From contig MU054117.1 of assembly GCA_013239625.1 (NCBI GenBank), positions 374,001 through 438,000 on the forward strand: a stretch of DNA of 64,000 nt, written 5' to 3'. Under the pieces are notes generated by a model. The model ran no database searches, was not told the origin of the DNA, and saw nothing but the letters and a program-made list of their open reading frames with translations. The DNA is from Lama guanicoe. Taxonomy: Eukaryota. Below are positions 51,181 to 64,000 of the stretch, piece by piece; positions within the stretch are counted from its first letter, which is position 1, and the number at the start of each line of letters is the position of its first letter. Made by a program: the position numbers and the translations under genes.

Positions 51181-54100
51181 ATGAATGCCAAGAAAACAGA
51201 GTGCCTGATGCGTCTCCTCCCGACCTCCACCAGCAGAATTTAAACTCCAACAGGATTTTTGTATGTTTTATCCATCGATATACTGTGCAAAACAGTATCC
51301 GGCACAGGTACATATTCAATTTTCAGAATTAATGCAAGGTTCCCTTGCTTTTATATTCTTAACGTGAAGTGTAGCTAAGGATTAGTGGTATTTGAATCGT
51401 ACCATTATAAAAGAAAAATCTTTTTTATTAGCAATGTACAATTTCTTTTAAGCTTTAATGTGAAAATCAATGAGAACAGTTTTATATCTGAAAAGCACCC
51501 CAATAATAAGGACATACCGTATGGGGAAAGAATTACGGGCTCACTTTGACATTAAAAATCAATAAACTGTTTAAGAGATTCTTCATAACCAGGCAACAGT
51601 GCATGGCGCTCAAAACAGTTTACTGCTTACAAATTATTTTGGGGGCTGACAAGTCTGATCAAGGCGTCTCAGTATTTTCAACCTAAAGGATCTGGTGAGG
51701 AGGGGAACATCTTCCCCGCTGACCCTGATGAACAGTAAAACCCCACAGCTGTACGTTCTGGGCTCAGCGCGTCTACAACAAACACAAGATGCAGGCTCAC
51801 TTGAATTCAGATGTTTGTGACACTCTGTGACATATGTTAATTGGGGTACTTTTTTCCCCTCGGTATTTTGTTTCTAAGCATAACTTTACAATGCATTGTG
51901 AGACTCTGTGTTTCATTCAACAGGGTAAAGAAAAAAACTGTCTTAAGCCCAAAATATAATGTACAATCCTTTCAACCATTGCATCCCGGTCAAAGTTTCC
52001 TTAGTAAAATATTGGGAAGAAATATTCCAGGATCACAGAAAAAAATTCTCATAATCCTTGTAACATTACAGTCTGATTTCTCTTACCCTGCAAAATAAAC
52101 ATTGTTCTTTTAAACTATTAAGTTACAATAAACAACATCCATCTTTCAACTTCATGGTCAATAGTGAACTCTCACAAGGCATCCTTGAGTCTAAGCCCAG
52201 TTGTCCTTCTGCACTGAGACTCTTTTTTTAGATGCTTTGGGAAAACCTGCATAATCCCTAGTAACATGCAGTAATATTCACCTTGCACTTTAAAGTGTGA
52301 CAGACTTTAAAATCTTTTTTTATCCCCATTCTACTTAGGTATTTTTGCTGATAGTGAACAGTGTGACATAAGGAAAAAGGACACCTTGATAACTTGAAAC
52401 ATACCTAAAAAGATGATATCTGGTAAAAGCAGGAACCCTCTGACTAAATCTGTCAATAATCTACCACTCAGAAAAGGGTGGGATGACAAAGGAGGAAGAA
52501 CAGAAAACAGACAAGGAATAACAAAGAGAAAGAAAGAGCACAAAAATCTACGTCCAGGTTCTCAACGACTGGGGTGGAGGAAAGACAAGAGGTGGAAAGC
52601 GTGTGTGTGCCAGGCCAGGGCGACTGCAGTCCCAGAAGCTGGAATTTACAATGAAAGACCGGGGCAGCCGCGCGCAGATGAAAGGCGGCCCCTTTAACAC
52701 TGGCTCCTGGAGTCCAGCAACTCTCAGCAGTTGGCTGGAGACGAAGCTGGCCCATCCTGCAGAGCTCCAACAAAGGGGCGAAACAAACTCGAGCCCCCGG
52801 GGCCCCCTCCCGACAATGCGTGAAACAACTTGATAAATGATTGCTCTGTCAGGGGACAGAGAGATGGAGACGTCTGGGAGCAGAGGGGATGTATCTAATT
52901 TAGAAGGCCAAGGGGGGAGGGGAGACAGAAGGGGGCGGAGTGGCAGACAAGAGCAAGACCCCCTTGTAACACAGACAACCAGCCGGAGAACCGGGAAGCA
53001 AACACTCAAACCCCACCAGGACCTCCAGGAACTGAAGTCCTCAGAGCACAGCAGGAGCCTGCTCCAGTCACTAGGATTCCATCGCATCGAAGAAGTTTTC
53101 ACCTTCCGTAACCCCTTTTCCAGCCTCAAGGCCAAGCTTAAAAAAGCGCTGCTCTCAAGTTACTTCATTCATTTGGGACGACCTGAAATACAAACTCCAC
53201 CCCCACCGTGCCTGTGCCTAAAGGTGGTGGAAGGCTGGAATCGCGGGCCTACAGTTCAGCTCAGTCCGAGGAAACATTAATTACCCTGAAACAGAAGCAG
53301 GAGGTGTTCACATCTGGGGCCCCAAGCCCCTCTCCCCCTCCTGCAGGCTGTGCACAGCTACTCACACATCCTCCTCCTGACGGAGGACGCACACTGGTCC
53401 CACAGGACTTCTCTGTCTGGGGAAAACTCAGTGGTGACAGACTCAGTCAACACTGAGAAGCAGGCACAGAAGGCATCTCCACTTGACAAAAGAGTCGTCA
53501 GCATCAGAGGTGGTACAAACACAGGGTTTTCAAAATCAGTTATCCAAAGAGTAATTAATTAATACAAAAAGGACATTGATTATTCAAAAGGGGCACAGCC
53601 TGAGCACCTGATGAAAGACTGCCAAGCAGGTTTACTGAAACCTGAGTCAAAGGTAGGAGGAAACAGGCAGCATGTAAAGAACTCTTAATTGACTCAAGTC
53701 TTTTCAAGTACTCCAGTTTTCTTCGCTGAACCAGAAGCACGCCGTGTTTATACACTGTACTACTGTGTATGACCTTTATCTGAAGTTCATCAAGTTCAGC
53801 TTTGACTGTAATTAAGCACAATTAAAAGCAACAGCAAACTGTATGCCAAGGAAGTGAAGCAGTTGGGGGTTTGCCTGTGCTGATACCCACCCAGTACCCC
53901 TGCAGGATTACTGATACTTCATATTCAGTGGCTCCAAATCTGAAAACCGTGTATTTCAGAACATCTGGTACACTAACGGGTGGTCAGAGAGACACTGTAC
54001 AGTCCAGGAGGACGGGGCAGCCACGAGAAAACCACCACCACTGAAGCTGCTCCCAGCAGTTTCCTCTTTCTCAGGGCTTTGTAAAAGGCAATCCAGCGAG

Positions 54101-54554
54101 TCTATTCCACACCAAATGCATTCATGGCCCACCCAAAGCTTTCCCTGGATTAAACACAGTAGGAGTCCTCTGACCAACCTCACTTGCTACGTCCCCAGAA
54201 ACCTGCCTTTTTAGGCTACACAGAGCTCAGAAGGGGCCCCAGGCTTCTCAACTTTAGAGGTGAGAGAAGAGGCACCACACCAGTAATCTCAGTTTGAGAC
54301 AAACTAATTTTAACCAACAACTCCCCAAGCTGAACTCTGTCTCCACGCTCTACCTTGCTTTACAGTCTTGATGCCAAGGTCTGGGTCTGTGAATAAGTGC
54401 GCTCCCACCTGTGGGCTGTCCACCTTAACCAGCAGCTGCCTGGTCCGTGGCTGTCTGAGTTCTGACAACCAGCTCCACAACTTCAGTGAGTGGCAACCTA
54501 GCCTGCACGTGGACAATGCCCAGCACGATGGAGGAGTCGGAATGCAGAGCACAG

Positions 54555-54720
54555 GGTGACTGCCGAAAGGTTGGGGGATTCTTTCAGCGGTGATGAAAAT
54601 GTTCTAAAACTGACAGTGGTAATGGATGCACACAGCTCTGTAAATACACCACAACCATTGAATTGCATACTTTAAATGGGTGAATTGCATGGCTTGTGAA
54701 TATCTCAATGAACTGTTACT
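54555..54720 (+). mobile_element. L1MB-like 3' terminus
   Basis: ggtgatgaaaatgttctaaaactg ... ctttaaatgggtgaattgcatggcttgtgaatatctcaat. Confidence 0.8.
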
Positions 54721-57555
54721 GGAAAGAAAAACGTTTTTGAAAAACTACCAGGAAACGCAGTCTGGGGATTTTGGTTGTGGCTGTGGTTGTGGTTGTTTTC
54801 CATTTTAAAGTAATGGTCAAACGATACCATTCAAAATGGAAATACGGGGTTTTTAATGCTCCTATTTTAATGTACTGAATTCAGGTTGAACAGCAGTGTC
54901 TGAAAGCAAAGTACGGACAGCAGTTATTCAAAGTCTACATACAAATCATTTCATACTGTGGCTTAAGATGGAGGGGACTCCCTTTAGAGATAAACAAATC
55001 TGAGCAGAGGCCAGGTGTCTCTGCAAGGCGCTCCAGACCGCTGACCCCCTGAGGACAGGAACCGCGTCTGCACAGTGATCTCGGGGCAGGCGCTGCACTG
55101 ATGGGCGACACGAGCACTGGCTGTGATCCTCCCAGCGACCCTCAAGGCCGGTGGTGTCCCTTAACAGCTCGGAACCACACATCCTCCCACAGGAGAGCAG
55201 CTCAGCTCCGTGATTTAAGTTTCAGTCTCCTGATCTATGAAGAGGTGACAGTGCTCCCCCCATCAGAGGAGCTGCAAGGGCTCCATGAAATAAGGTGACA
55301 TTTAACAGTCACTCATGGTTCTGTTTTACACCTGGTTCAGAAAGAAGAGGTGTAGCCTTCAGAAAGCTAGCAAAACACACATAAATGATCAGGCTTACGA
55401 TCAATATTCAAAGATCATCAATACAGTCATGTTCACCAGAGTTTCCTAAATTGCTCTGAGTAACAAACTAGGAAACACAGCATTCACAAACAGAGGTTAC
55501 GAACAGTTAATCTGGCATTTATTTGATGATATGTGTTACCACAATTGTGCCACACCACCATTAAACAAACAGTGGCAGTGGTCATCTACAGCTACTAAAA
55601 CTGATACAACCGGAGTAACTGCTTCCAGGGCCATCTTTTGAAAGCCAGCAGAGACAGGGCAGCCACACACCAGACCTGCAGGGACAGCAAGCCTGCTCTT
55701 GTGCTCCTCGCTGGATGCTGAAAACACAAGTCCAGCCACACAAAGTGAGACGCAAGCTTAGGGTGAAACACTTCCTTCCCCAGCGTTAAAATAGGACGAA
55801 TCCTCTGGGGCAGCCTCACCTGAAGAGAAGCTGGCAAGAGAGGAAAGGAAACCAATCCCAGCCTGAGACAGAAGAGCACTGGGTATGCTGCAGGCAAAGC
55901 GAAAGAGGGTCAGAGATCACTGAGTGATGAACCGACGGAGGACAAAGGGGCCGACAGACCATCCCGGAGAATGAGGAGGTAAAATAAGAGTGACAGATGG
56001 AACGATGGCTGAAGGACAGACAGGGAGAGGGTCAGGGACAGGGAGCAGGACACGTGCTCACCGCGTGCTAAACAAACGTGAGCACACGTGATCGCGCCTT
56101 GATCACAAGATCACAAGCACCCTCCCGGGAGCCTAACCACGTTAACAGGCCTGACCTGGGTAAGAGACGACACAGATAAAACGGCAGCAGCCCCTAGTAC
56201 CGAGCTGTCTGATGCGAAGTGAAGAGCCAGAAATAACCTAAAAAGCTAGCACCAGCCTCCCCTCCAACAACTACGTGCGAAGCCCCTGAGCTCAGGCAGC
56301 GGCACACACTGCTCAGAGACGAAGCGCGTCCCAGGCCGCACAGCAGAGCCGAGCAGGCACAGGTGTGTCCCGCACACTGCAGTGGGCTGAAGGACAGACA
56401 GAGCGCGTGCCACGTGGCTCTATTCACTTCCTAAGACAGGCAAGTCTAATCTGGACTGGCAGAACTCAGACCGGGGACTGCACGGGGAAGGGTGTGTGTG
56501 TGTCTGCGGGGCTGAGGTGGGTACGACTCGAGGGACACGAGGAACTTCCAGGGGAATGAAGTGACCTCTGTTTTCTTTGGGGATGTGGTTACATGGGTGT
56601 ATACAGTTGCTGACTCAACTGTGTACTTATTTTACCTTTCACCCTAAGCAGAGATCGTGCAAAAACACTTGGATTCCTAACATTTTCCCCCTCACTTTCT
56701 GCAAACTTCTCCAGTGAATTCAATGATATTTTCACTAACTACAACTTACTGAATTGCTATTAAAATTTTTCATTCCACAGAACTAAAATGATTGCTTCCC
56801 CAAGAAGTACAGTATGGAAAATTCCCCACTTCATAAAGTGAAACTGAATTACCAAGTGGTGACCCGCAAGGAAACCACGATGCCAACCAACAGCCGCTGC
56901 CGGCCAACACTGACAGTCATCTGAACGCAATCTCCGTGACGGTTCACACAGCAGAAACCGGGGGAGTTCACGCAGCAAAGCCACTCAGGGAGAAGTCTCC
57001 TCCTCAAGGATCAGCAAGGGCAGAGCACTCCCCAAACCGCTAGCTGTGTGATGAAGCCATCTTAAATTCTTAAAAGAGAAAGAAGTCCCTGTTGTCAGAG
57101 AAAACATCCGACAACTTCAATGTGACACCGTATCGAGAGACTTTAAAAAGACCAGCTCTTTCAGGAATTTACCACATGGAAATAATCGTCAGTGTGCACA
57201 GCTGATACCCATTGGTACTTTATTTATTTATTTTTTTAGAAGCCAAGCACTGAAACCCTCTAAGGATCCAAAGTGGAGAAGTAATTAGATAGTCAAGGTC
57301 TGTTCACAGCAGGACTAAGATCTGAATCCAGGCAGCTTAGATTAGAGCCCAGGCCCTCAGCACCCTCCACTGCCTTACCCACTCAGTCTTTCATTCACTA
57401 ATGACCAATGGGGTTTATCAATATTTGACAGTCAAGTAAACAAACAGAAAAACTAGTGAGGGACAATCAAAACCTAAGAAAGAAAACAATTAAAAAGAAA
57501 ATATATTCCACCTTTTTGACTCACAAAATTAAATCCTAAACTCAGTATTAGTAAT

Positions 57556-57851
57556 CTTTTTTTTCTTTTTGAAATGTTTACATTATTATTTTTTATAGTC
57601 ATTTTACAAAGTTGTGTCAAATTCCAGTGTAGGGCAATTTTTCAGTTATACATGAACACACACATACCCACTGTCACATTTTTTTTTGCTGTGAGCTACC
57701 ACAAGATCTTGTATATATTTCCCTGTGCTGTACAGTATAATCTTGTCTATCTATTCTATATTTTGAAATCCCAGTCTGTCCCTTCCCACCCCCCTCCCCT
57801 CTGGCAACCACAAGTTTGTATTCTATGTCTATGAGTCTGTTTCTGGGGTTT
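57556..57851 (-). mobile_element. Short camelid-type L1 3'UTR insertion with 8-bp TSD (ttagtaat)
   Basis: Poly(T), then atttccctgtgctgtacagtataatc ... ggcaaccacaagtttg ... gagtctgtttctg; ttagtaat at 57548-57555 and 57852-57859. Confidence 0.88.
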
Positions 57852-60077
57852 TTAGTAATTGTTCTGAAGCACTAATAAAAAGAAAAATCACTACTCCTTT
57901 CTTTGTGTCTCTAGCTTACCTCTGACTCTACACTACACTTAGCTGCCTAGTTTCAAATATTTACCAAGAAATTCATCACTATTAAGGGAGCCGTGTTCGA
58001 AAGTATTGCAGTAAACAGGACACTCAACTCCCTTAGCACTAGCTGCTGGCTTCGTAATTTCACCATTTCAATCTCCCCATCACAGAATGGGAAAGGTCGG
58101 GAAACACTAAAGACATTCCTAAAAAGCTTCTTCCCAGAAATCATCAAGACACTGGGAAACTTGGGCCTCAGGAAGCACTGGTGAGGCCTCAAAACTCCAG
58201 TGAACAAAACATTAAAAATGGAAGAAAGTCTGTTCCCAGTGGGTGCCACAGATGGATGGATGGATGGATGACTGGTAGATAAAAAGCTTCAAATCCCCTG
58301 CAGATAAAGCAAGTATACAGATAAAACGAAACTGCAAAATCAACATCTTTCAGCTTCAAATTCTGGCTCTCTTGTAAAAGCAAACCGTCATCTCAGGAAG
58401 GTAAACTACCTGGCATCCTTCCTCCCTGACAACAAGGCAGGCCTGAAGCAAACTAGAACAACTTAGAATAACTGCCAACCCACTGGCCCGGCTGCTGGAG
58501 GCTATGCTGCACCACCTCAAACATCTCATTTTATCCTGCGCACGGCGTGCGTGTCAACTGTGAAGGGCGCAGGAATTTAAATGAACTGTAAGAGAACAGT
58601 ATGTGCAGGCACAACTTTATTGAAAATACAGTTGACTAAATCCTATATTAAGAAATACCCACAAATACAAACAGAGCTATCAATTCCTCAGCACTGCAGA
58701 AACTTGTAAAAGAGAATTTGCTGACAGGCTTCGTGTAGAAGCTGTGCTGGGAACTAACGGCTGCGACTGAAGGAAAAGCAATCTCACGAACCTGGAGCAC
58801 ACCACAAGCTCCTCTGCTACTCAAAGCAAATACACTTTACCTTATGTATAAAAGTTGACGTGCAATGCAGATAACCTAGACCGAAATCCTCCATGGTCAC
58901 ATTTCTGTTCTCACCTTACTCTAGTCATTGTATTAGTGCTATTTCCTGGTGCACTCACCAAGGCTAACCCATCTCACTATTACTATACCTGGGCTATTGG
59001 CTTGAGGCCATCATAAATTATGCATGAAATAAAAACTCAAGAGACTGAGATAATCACCACTGAATATAGTATCTGACTTCCAAACTGCATTACATAAAAT
59101 GGCAAACTTATCAAGAATGGTCAAATATCCTCTCCCATTCAGTTAAGAGACACCATACTTTATTAGCGCCACTAGCAAACCAAACAGTTCTAATAAACAC
59201 ACTCCACCTGTCCAAAGCCAAACACATTACAGTAAAACTCTTGCACGCCTAGTGGTCAGCACATAGATGCTATATACCACCAGGATCTGCTGGAAAACAA
59301 AACACTGGATTTCCGGATTCTTATTGTACTTTGATGTATTCTATTATGTTCACACTGTTTCCAAGAGTTCAGATGCCCCTGGCCACTGAGCTACCTCGTT
59401 TCAATGGCAGCCCCAGATATTTCACACACGGTGCCAGCAGACAGTACTACTGTAACAAGCACGTTTGGGAGAGAGGATGAGATGCTGTGACTCCTCTATC
59501 ACAACGTACAAACACTTCACTCTCCCTCTCTTTGCTTCACAGCAAAAGGAGTGATTTCACATGCTATTCAGTACTTTAGTTCGTACCTTGTGTCCTTTTA
59601 TACAGGATTATCTCTGTAAGTGAATTAAAATTTTATCTTGAATGCCTGAGTTTTACAATACCACGAAATAACTGGAGAAACCTAGAATTTAGTGAAACTG
59701 GGGACTGTAAGTCACTACCCTGGAATCATCCAGGAAACGCTGCTCGTCTGTGGGTGGGAACAACATGAAATACGAAGGAAGCAGGGGCCATGTCATACTG
59801 CCTGTGCTCTAATGAATCATACCCCAAATGCAGCCATGTCCCAACTCACACCTGAACTTCTCTGTAAGCTGTGAAATGCTTTGTCTGAAACACAGAGCAG
59901 GAAAGCAGTCCAGCTAACAAGCAGCAGCACACTGAATGAAAACACTGGCCAGCCGGGCAGGGCCAAGTGCCGAGCCCTCTGAGAAGGAAAGAAAGTGATG
60001 CTGAAGTCTGTGACCTGGACTGACAGTCTAGGGCCGGTCAGCAGGGAAAGTTCAACAGCAAAAAGAAAGTCATTTCT

Positions 60078-60114
60078 TTCATTCATTCATTCATTCATTC
60101 ATTCATTCATTCAT
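60078..60114 (+). repeat. (TTCA)n microsatellite, probably expanded from an L2 tail
   Basis: About 9 TTCA units followed by L2-like ggaaacacttaggtgcccactgccaggc. Confidence 0.9.
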
Positions 60115-63100
60115 GGAAACACTTAGGTGCCCACTGCCAGGCATGAAAGGGACCAATACAAATGGCTTCTAAGTGAACAGCGTCACCACGTTACATGCCT
60201 TCTACCCTCTAAATAAGAGACAGTTTAATGAAATGTATCTTAACATTGTATATAGGCAATTCTCACTTTTTAAACCACACTTCAGCAACTGGTTCCAAAC
60301 AGAGGCTTTAAACATGTAAGCATGTCCCAAGAAGAAAGATCACCAAGAAAGGCTAAGTCACGGAGAGACACTGGCCAGTGCTAGCTGTGATCCACTCCAA
60401 CCCCTCACTCCAGCAACTTTTCTCCCATCCTAGAGAGCGAGTGAGATTACAGCTGCATCTGCTCCAATTCATTTTTTTGGTATATCATTTGCCAACTAAA
60501 GGAACTCACACTCAGTAACAAAGTACTTGCAACACAATTTGAAACTGTCATCATCATGGAGAACCTCTGTCTTTTGTAGATCGACAGTGACTCTGGACTT
60601 CATCCTCCAAGGGCACGTCAAACTCAGACTAGCTTTAAACTGCTCGTCTAGCTCATACAGTCACCTGGAGAAGAGGATGTATCCAAAATGTTAGACTGAA
60701 TACCAAGTGGAAAAAAACCTGGATCCAAGGTCCTGCAACAGAGGTGGCTCCCTGAGACCAAATGCTGCGTTCTACTGCGCAGACCCGCAGACATGAAGAG
60801 TGCTAAAAAGGAGTAAGCAGGCCAAGCTACGGCAGGCCGAGTCTGACCACATGGGCATCACAGCCGAGACAGAAGCAACACGTTAAGAACACACTTAGGA
60901 ACAATTATAAGCAAAATGTAAGCAAAAGCAGACACTACAGCCCCCAATGTGACTCTAGATCTCAAAGGGTAATGGCCTGGAAAAAAGAAATCTCTGAAGG
61001 AATATGCCATACCCTCAGGGGCTGCGAGCCCACAACTTGTCCCTGGCTCTTCTCCACGCTCCAGCTTCCAAGGCCGGACTGTAAACTTGCTTTCTTTGAT
61101 CTTCCACAAAGAATAATGTTCTGCTCCTGACCCCTTTACAGGAGGTCCACAACCACCACGGGCGTCCCTCATCTGACACCAGCCTCACAACAACTGCAGG
61201 TTCCGCAAAGCTGTCTTCCCACCAAGGTCAAAGAAAGGGCTGTGCACCCGAGGGGGGCCAGACGCTCCCCAGAGCAGTGTTAAAGAGGGGTGCCAGGCAC
61301 CTCCTGAGAAACCTGTTAACGGTGGCCAATCAGAAGTCAGTCTGCATCCTATCAGCAAAATAAGAACGTCCTCCTCCTCGAGGGACCGAGTGCAGCCTGC
61401 TGTGCCCACAAGGCCCTGAGAAAGGAGGCTGCTCTGATGGCAAGTCTCCAGGAAGCGGCCCCGCTCTACCCCTTTTCACCAAGCAAACCCACCACTGGTC
61501 CCCACAGAGACAAAACACCCACCAGAGGACACTCAAGTCCTGTGTAAGCATCTCAAATTACTTCAGAGCCTGGAGGGAAAGGGAGGGACTTCAAGACACA
61601 ATTTCCCAACTTCAGAAGTCCTCATTTGCCTTTGGCAGAGCCTTCTGAAAAAAAGGGTTCTCCACCTCTCAGCTGACACCACCATCAGGTACCTCTGCAG
61701 AAAGCAGAGAGTCCCTCAATGTGAAAATTGGCAAATGCTACAGAATTCTGCTCTGGGAGCCAAAGGCTTCTTCAGCCCTCACAATGGGAGTTAAGCCAAA
61801 CCCAGGCCTGCTTTCGGCACAAATGAAAAACAAAAGTAGATGCAGAGCATGGGGGTGGGCAGGGCATTAAAGTGGAAAGAAAAGCTAGAAACAGAAAGCG
61901 AAGTGTAGAATAAAAAATAATAGAATGACTTTATTAACTAGACTTAATCACATTATTAAAACTCAATGGTGACAACTCCTTTTGCCTTATTTGGGGAACT
62001 GGATTGAATAAACAGAAATTATCCTTCCCCAGTCACTTCCAGTGACAACAAGGACACCAGGACCGCAGTCACAGCTATTAACCATCACTTAACTGACACA
62101 CAAAAGAGATGAGGCAAGTTACAGAACCCCAACCATGACAATCAAAAACGTCCCTAAAAAAACTGGTACATAACCTTGAGCACAGAAATTCCACTCTCAA
62201 TTTTTCCCTAAGGAAACAGTTGTGCGCACACACACACACACAAAGGTGCCGTCTCAGCACGTCAGTTTCCATGAGGCTTGGGGGAACCGAGGGGTCCAGC
62301 AACAGGGGAGAGGCTAAGCGGGTGACAGCACAGCCAGATCTGACTGCAGCAGCACAAATCTGCAGATGAACCTGAAAAGTGGTATCATGCAATGACACTT
62401 TAATGACAGCACATTTTAAAAGTACATGTCTGCATGTATATAACAGACCTATACAGGTTCAAAATAATGGATTATAATTTTTCTGCTTCTTTCAACTTTC
62501 CAAAATTTTTACAATTGACTTTTTCTGAGAAAAGGCACTGTTTCAAATTTTAACATTTAGTTGAGTTTGCTCTTTGATAAAAATAAAATCAGAACCAGGG
62601 TGCCAGTGTTCTGAACGTTACTACATAAGTGGAAAGAGATGTTATACATTAGGAACTACTTGGTCCAAGTCTTCAGTTCTGGGTATCTTGTCTTCAAAAT
62701 AGAACATTTCCAAATCTATCTAACCTGACAACTGCTTTCAGTAAAACCCAGCCTTCACATCTTCCGGCCATGACATCACATTCTTGTACTCAGGGGAGGC
62801 CCAGATGGTCTTTCACACTGGACGGGACAGCAGGAACTGATGGACTCGTTCCAAAGTGCTAAGCCACCATCTGCAGCCTTCTGTTAATCCGCTCCATCTC
62901 ATCTGTCCTGTTCCCAGTTCTTTTTATATACCCATTGCACAAGCACAAGTAATCAAGATTTGCCCTTCAGGAGTCTCTTCCCATAAGGCACACAAAAATA
63001 CAATATTAAATAAATTCTCAAATAAAGCAATGCCTTCACATTATTCTCCTAATCCAGAAACATTACTGTGCTTAGTGTTAGAAGCTATGGAAGGTACTAA

Positions 63101-63619
63101 AAAGAGTACAATACAGTCCCAATTACTAAGAACTTAGGAGCCCAACGAGCAAAACAGAACTCATCAATGTGAAACAATGAGAAAACAACTAACTGCGAGA
63201 CGAGGCTCTCGTCCTCAGTCCCAGGAGAACCCCCTGCCTGACTGTGTGACCCTGGGCAAAGTCCTCATCCGCAGCACTGCGTCCACCTCCGCCATTCCCA
63301 GCGCCTTTCTAGCTCTTCCCCTCCACAGCTCTAGAAACAACTGACCAGAGGACAGAAGGGTAAATGGGGGCTTCTGGAACGCGCTACAGACCACCTGTGA
63401 GTGGACAGCAACTGAGATTAAAAACCAAGTGAATCTGGCAAGGGAAAAAATCTCCAATCAGTAAGAAGCCTGTTCTTATTACACAAGCAGGGTGAGCTGA
63501 AAGCAAATGAAGGGAAAGTATACCCTTCTTTTCTCCATTAAAGATCCTGCAAGAGGGCTATGCAAACAAATCTATTGCCAGCAGAAGAGACAGTGATGTA
63601 GAAAAATAAAAATATTTGG

Positions 63620-63995
63620 TCTAATATTTACTGAGTGTCTACCATGTGTGAAGTAGCTCTTTACTAGGCAGCTAAGAACCCAAATATGTATTAAACAGCC
63701 CCTGATTTGGGGAAGTTTACTTTATTTCATTCATTCATTCAGCAAATACTTCTTGAGCACCTACCACATACAAAGACACAGGTACATGTTCCAGGTACTG
63801 GGGATCAAGAGTGAACAAGACAGATAAGACACCTGCTCAAAGAAAAAGTTTTGAGAGACAGACAGTATAAACAAAAAAGATACATACAGAAAGAGAAAAC
63901 CAACCAGAGTAGTGTGACAGACAGTGACAGAGTTGCGAAGGAAGGTGGGGCTACTGCTCTAAATCGAGGGACCACTAACAATGGGATGTAAACAA
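63620..63995 (-). mobile_element. L2 3'-end fragments
   Basis: aatatttactgagtgtctaccatgtg; ttcattcattcattcagcaaatacttcttgagcacctacc ... ggtactggggatcaagagtgaacaagacaga. Confidence 0.75.
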
Positions 63996-64000
63996 CTGTG

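Larger units (their letters stand above)
29974..64000 (-). other. CECR2: Distal part of the long CECR2 intron 1 (exon 1 is outside the window)
   Basis: The exon-1 peptide (MCPEEGGAAGLGELRSWWEVPAIAHFCSLF) was not found. The region is repeat-rich and non-coding, upstream of the exon-2 acceptor. Confidence 0.85.

Noticed and set aside
52548..53280. Overlapping 195-aa (-) and 147-aa (+) ORFs
   Set aside because: No recognisable domain or splice structure and non-ATG or weak starts; expected by chance.
53608..53655. Hammerhead-like CTGATGA...GAAA with short stem III and GTA triplet
   Set aside because: Stem II is out of register with GAAA and stem I cannot form.

Overview
Mammalian genomic DNA, most likely camelid (Camelus/Vicugna/Lama), judged from tRNA-derived Vic-1-type SINEs and camelid-type L1 3' ends. 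The whole window lies inside CECR2 (bromodomain chromatin-remodelling subunit of the CERF complex), transcribed on the minus strand. Seven coding exons have clean AG/GT borders and splice in frame: orthologues of human exons 2-7 and 9, at 29879-29973, 13673-13856, 12610-12746, 11912-12016, 11021-11070, 10198-10367 and 995-1148. Exon 1 lies beyond the right edge and exon 10 onward beyond the left edge. Positions 29974-64000 are intron 1. The rest is intronic, with many L1, L2, MIR, MER and SINE fragments and a U2 snRNA retro-fragment. Apart from frames overlapping these exons or decayed L1 ORF2 pieces, the ORFs in the track look spurious. I found no convincing novel biological system. The best second-look items are: no recognisable 84-nt exon 8; a 25-nt tailless SINE insertion with a 15-bp TSD; a twin-priming inverted L1; a 5'UTR-retaining, internally deleted L1 near exon 2; and signs of GC-biased substitution affecting the protein. 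Human CECR2, U2 and repeat-consensus comparisons are from memory. Repeat subfamily names and borders are approximate.
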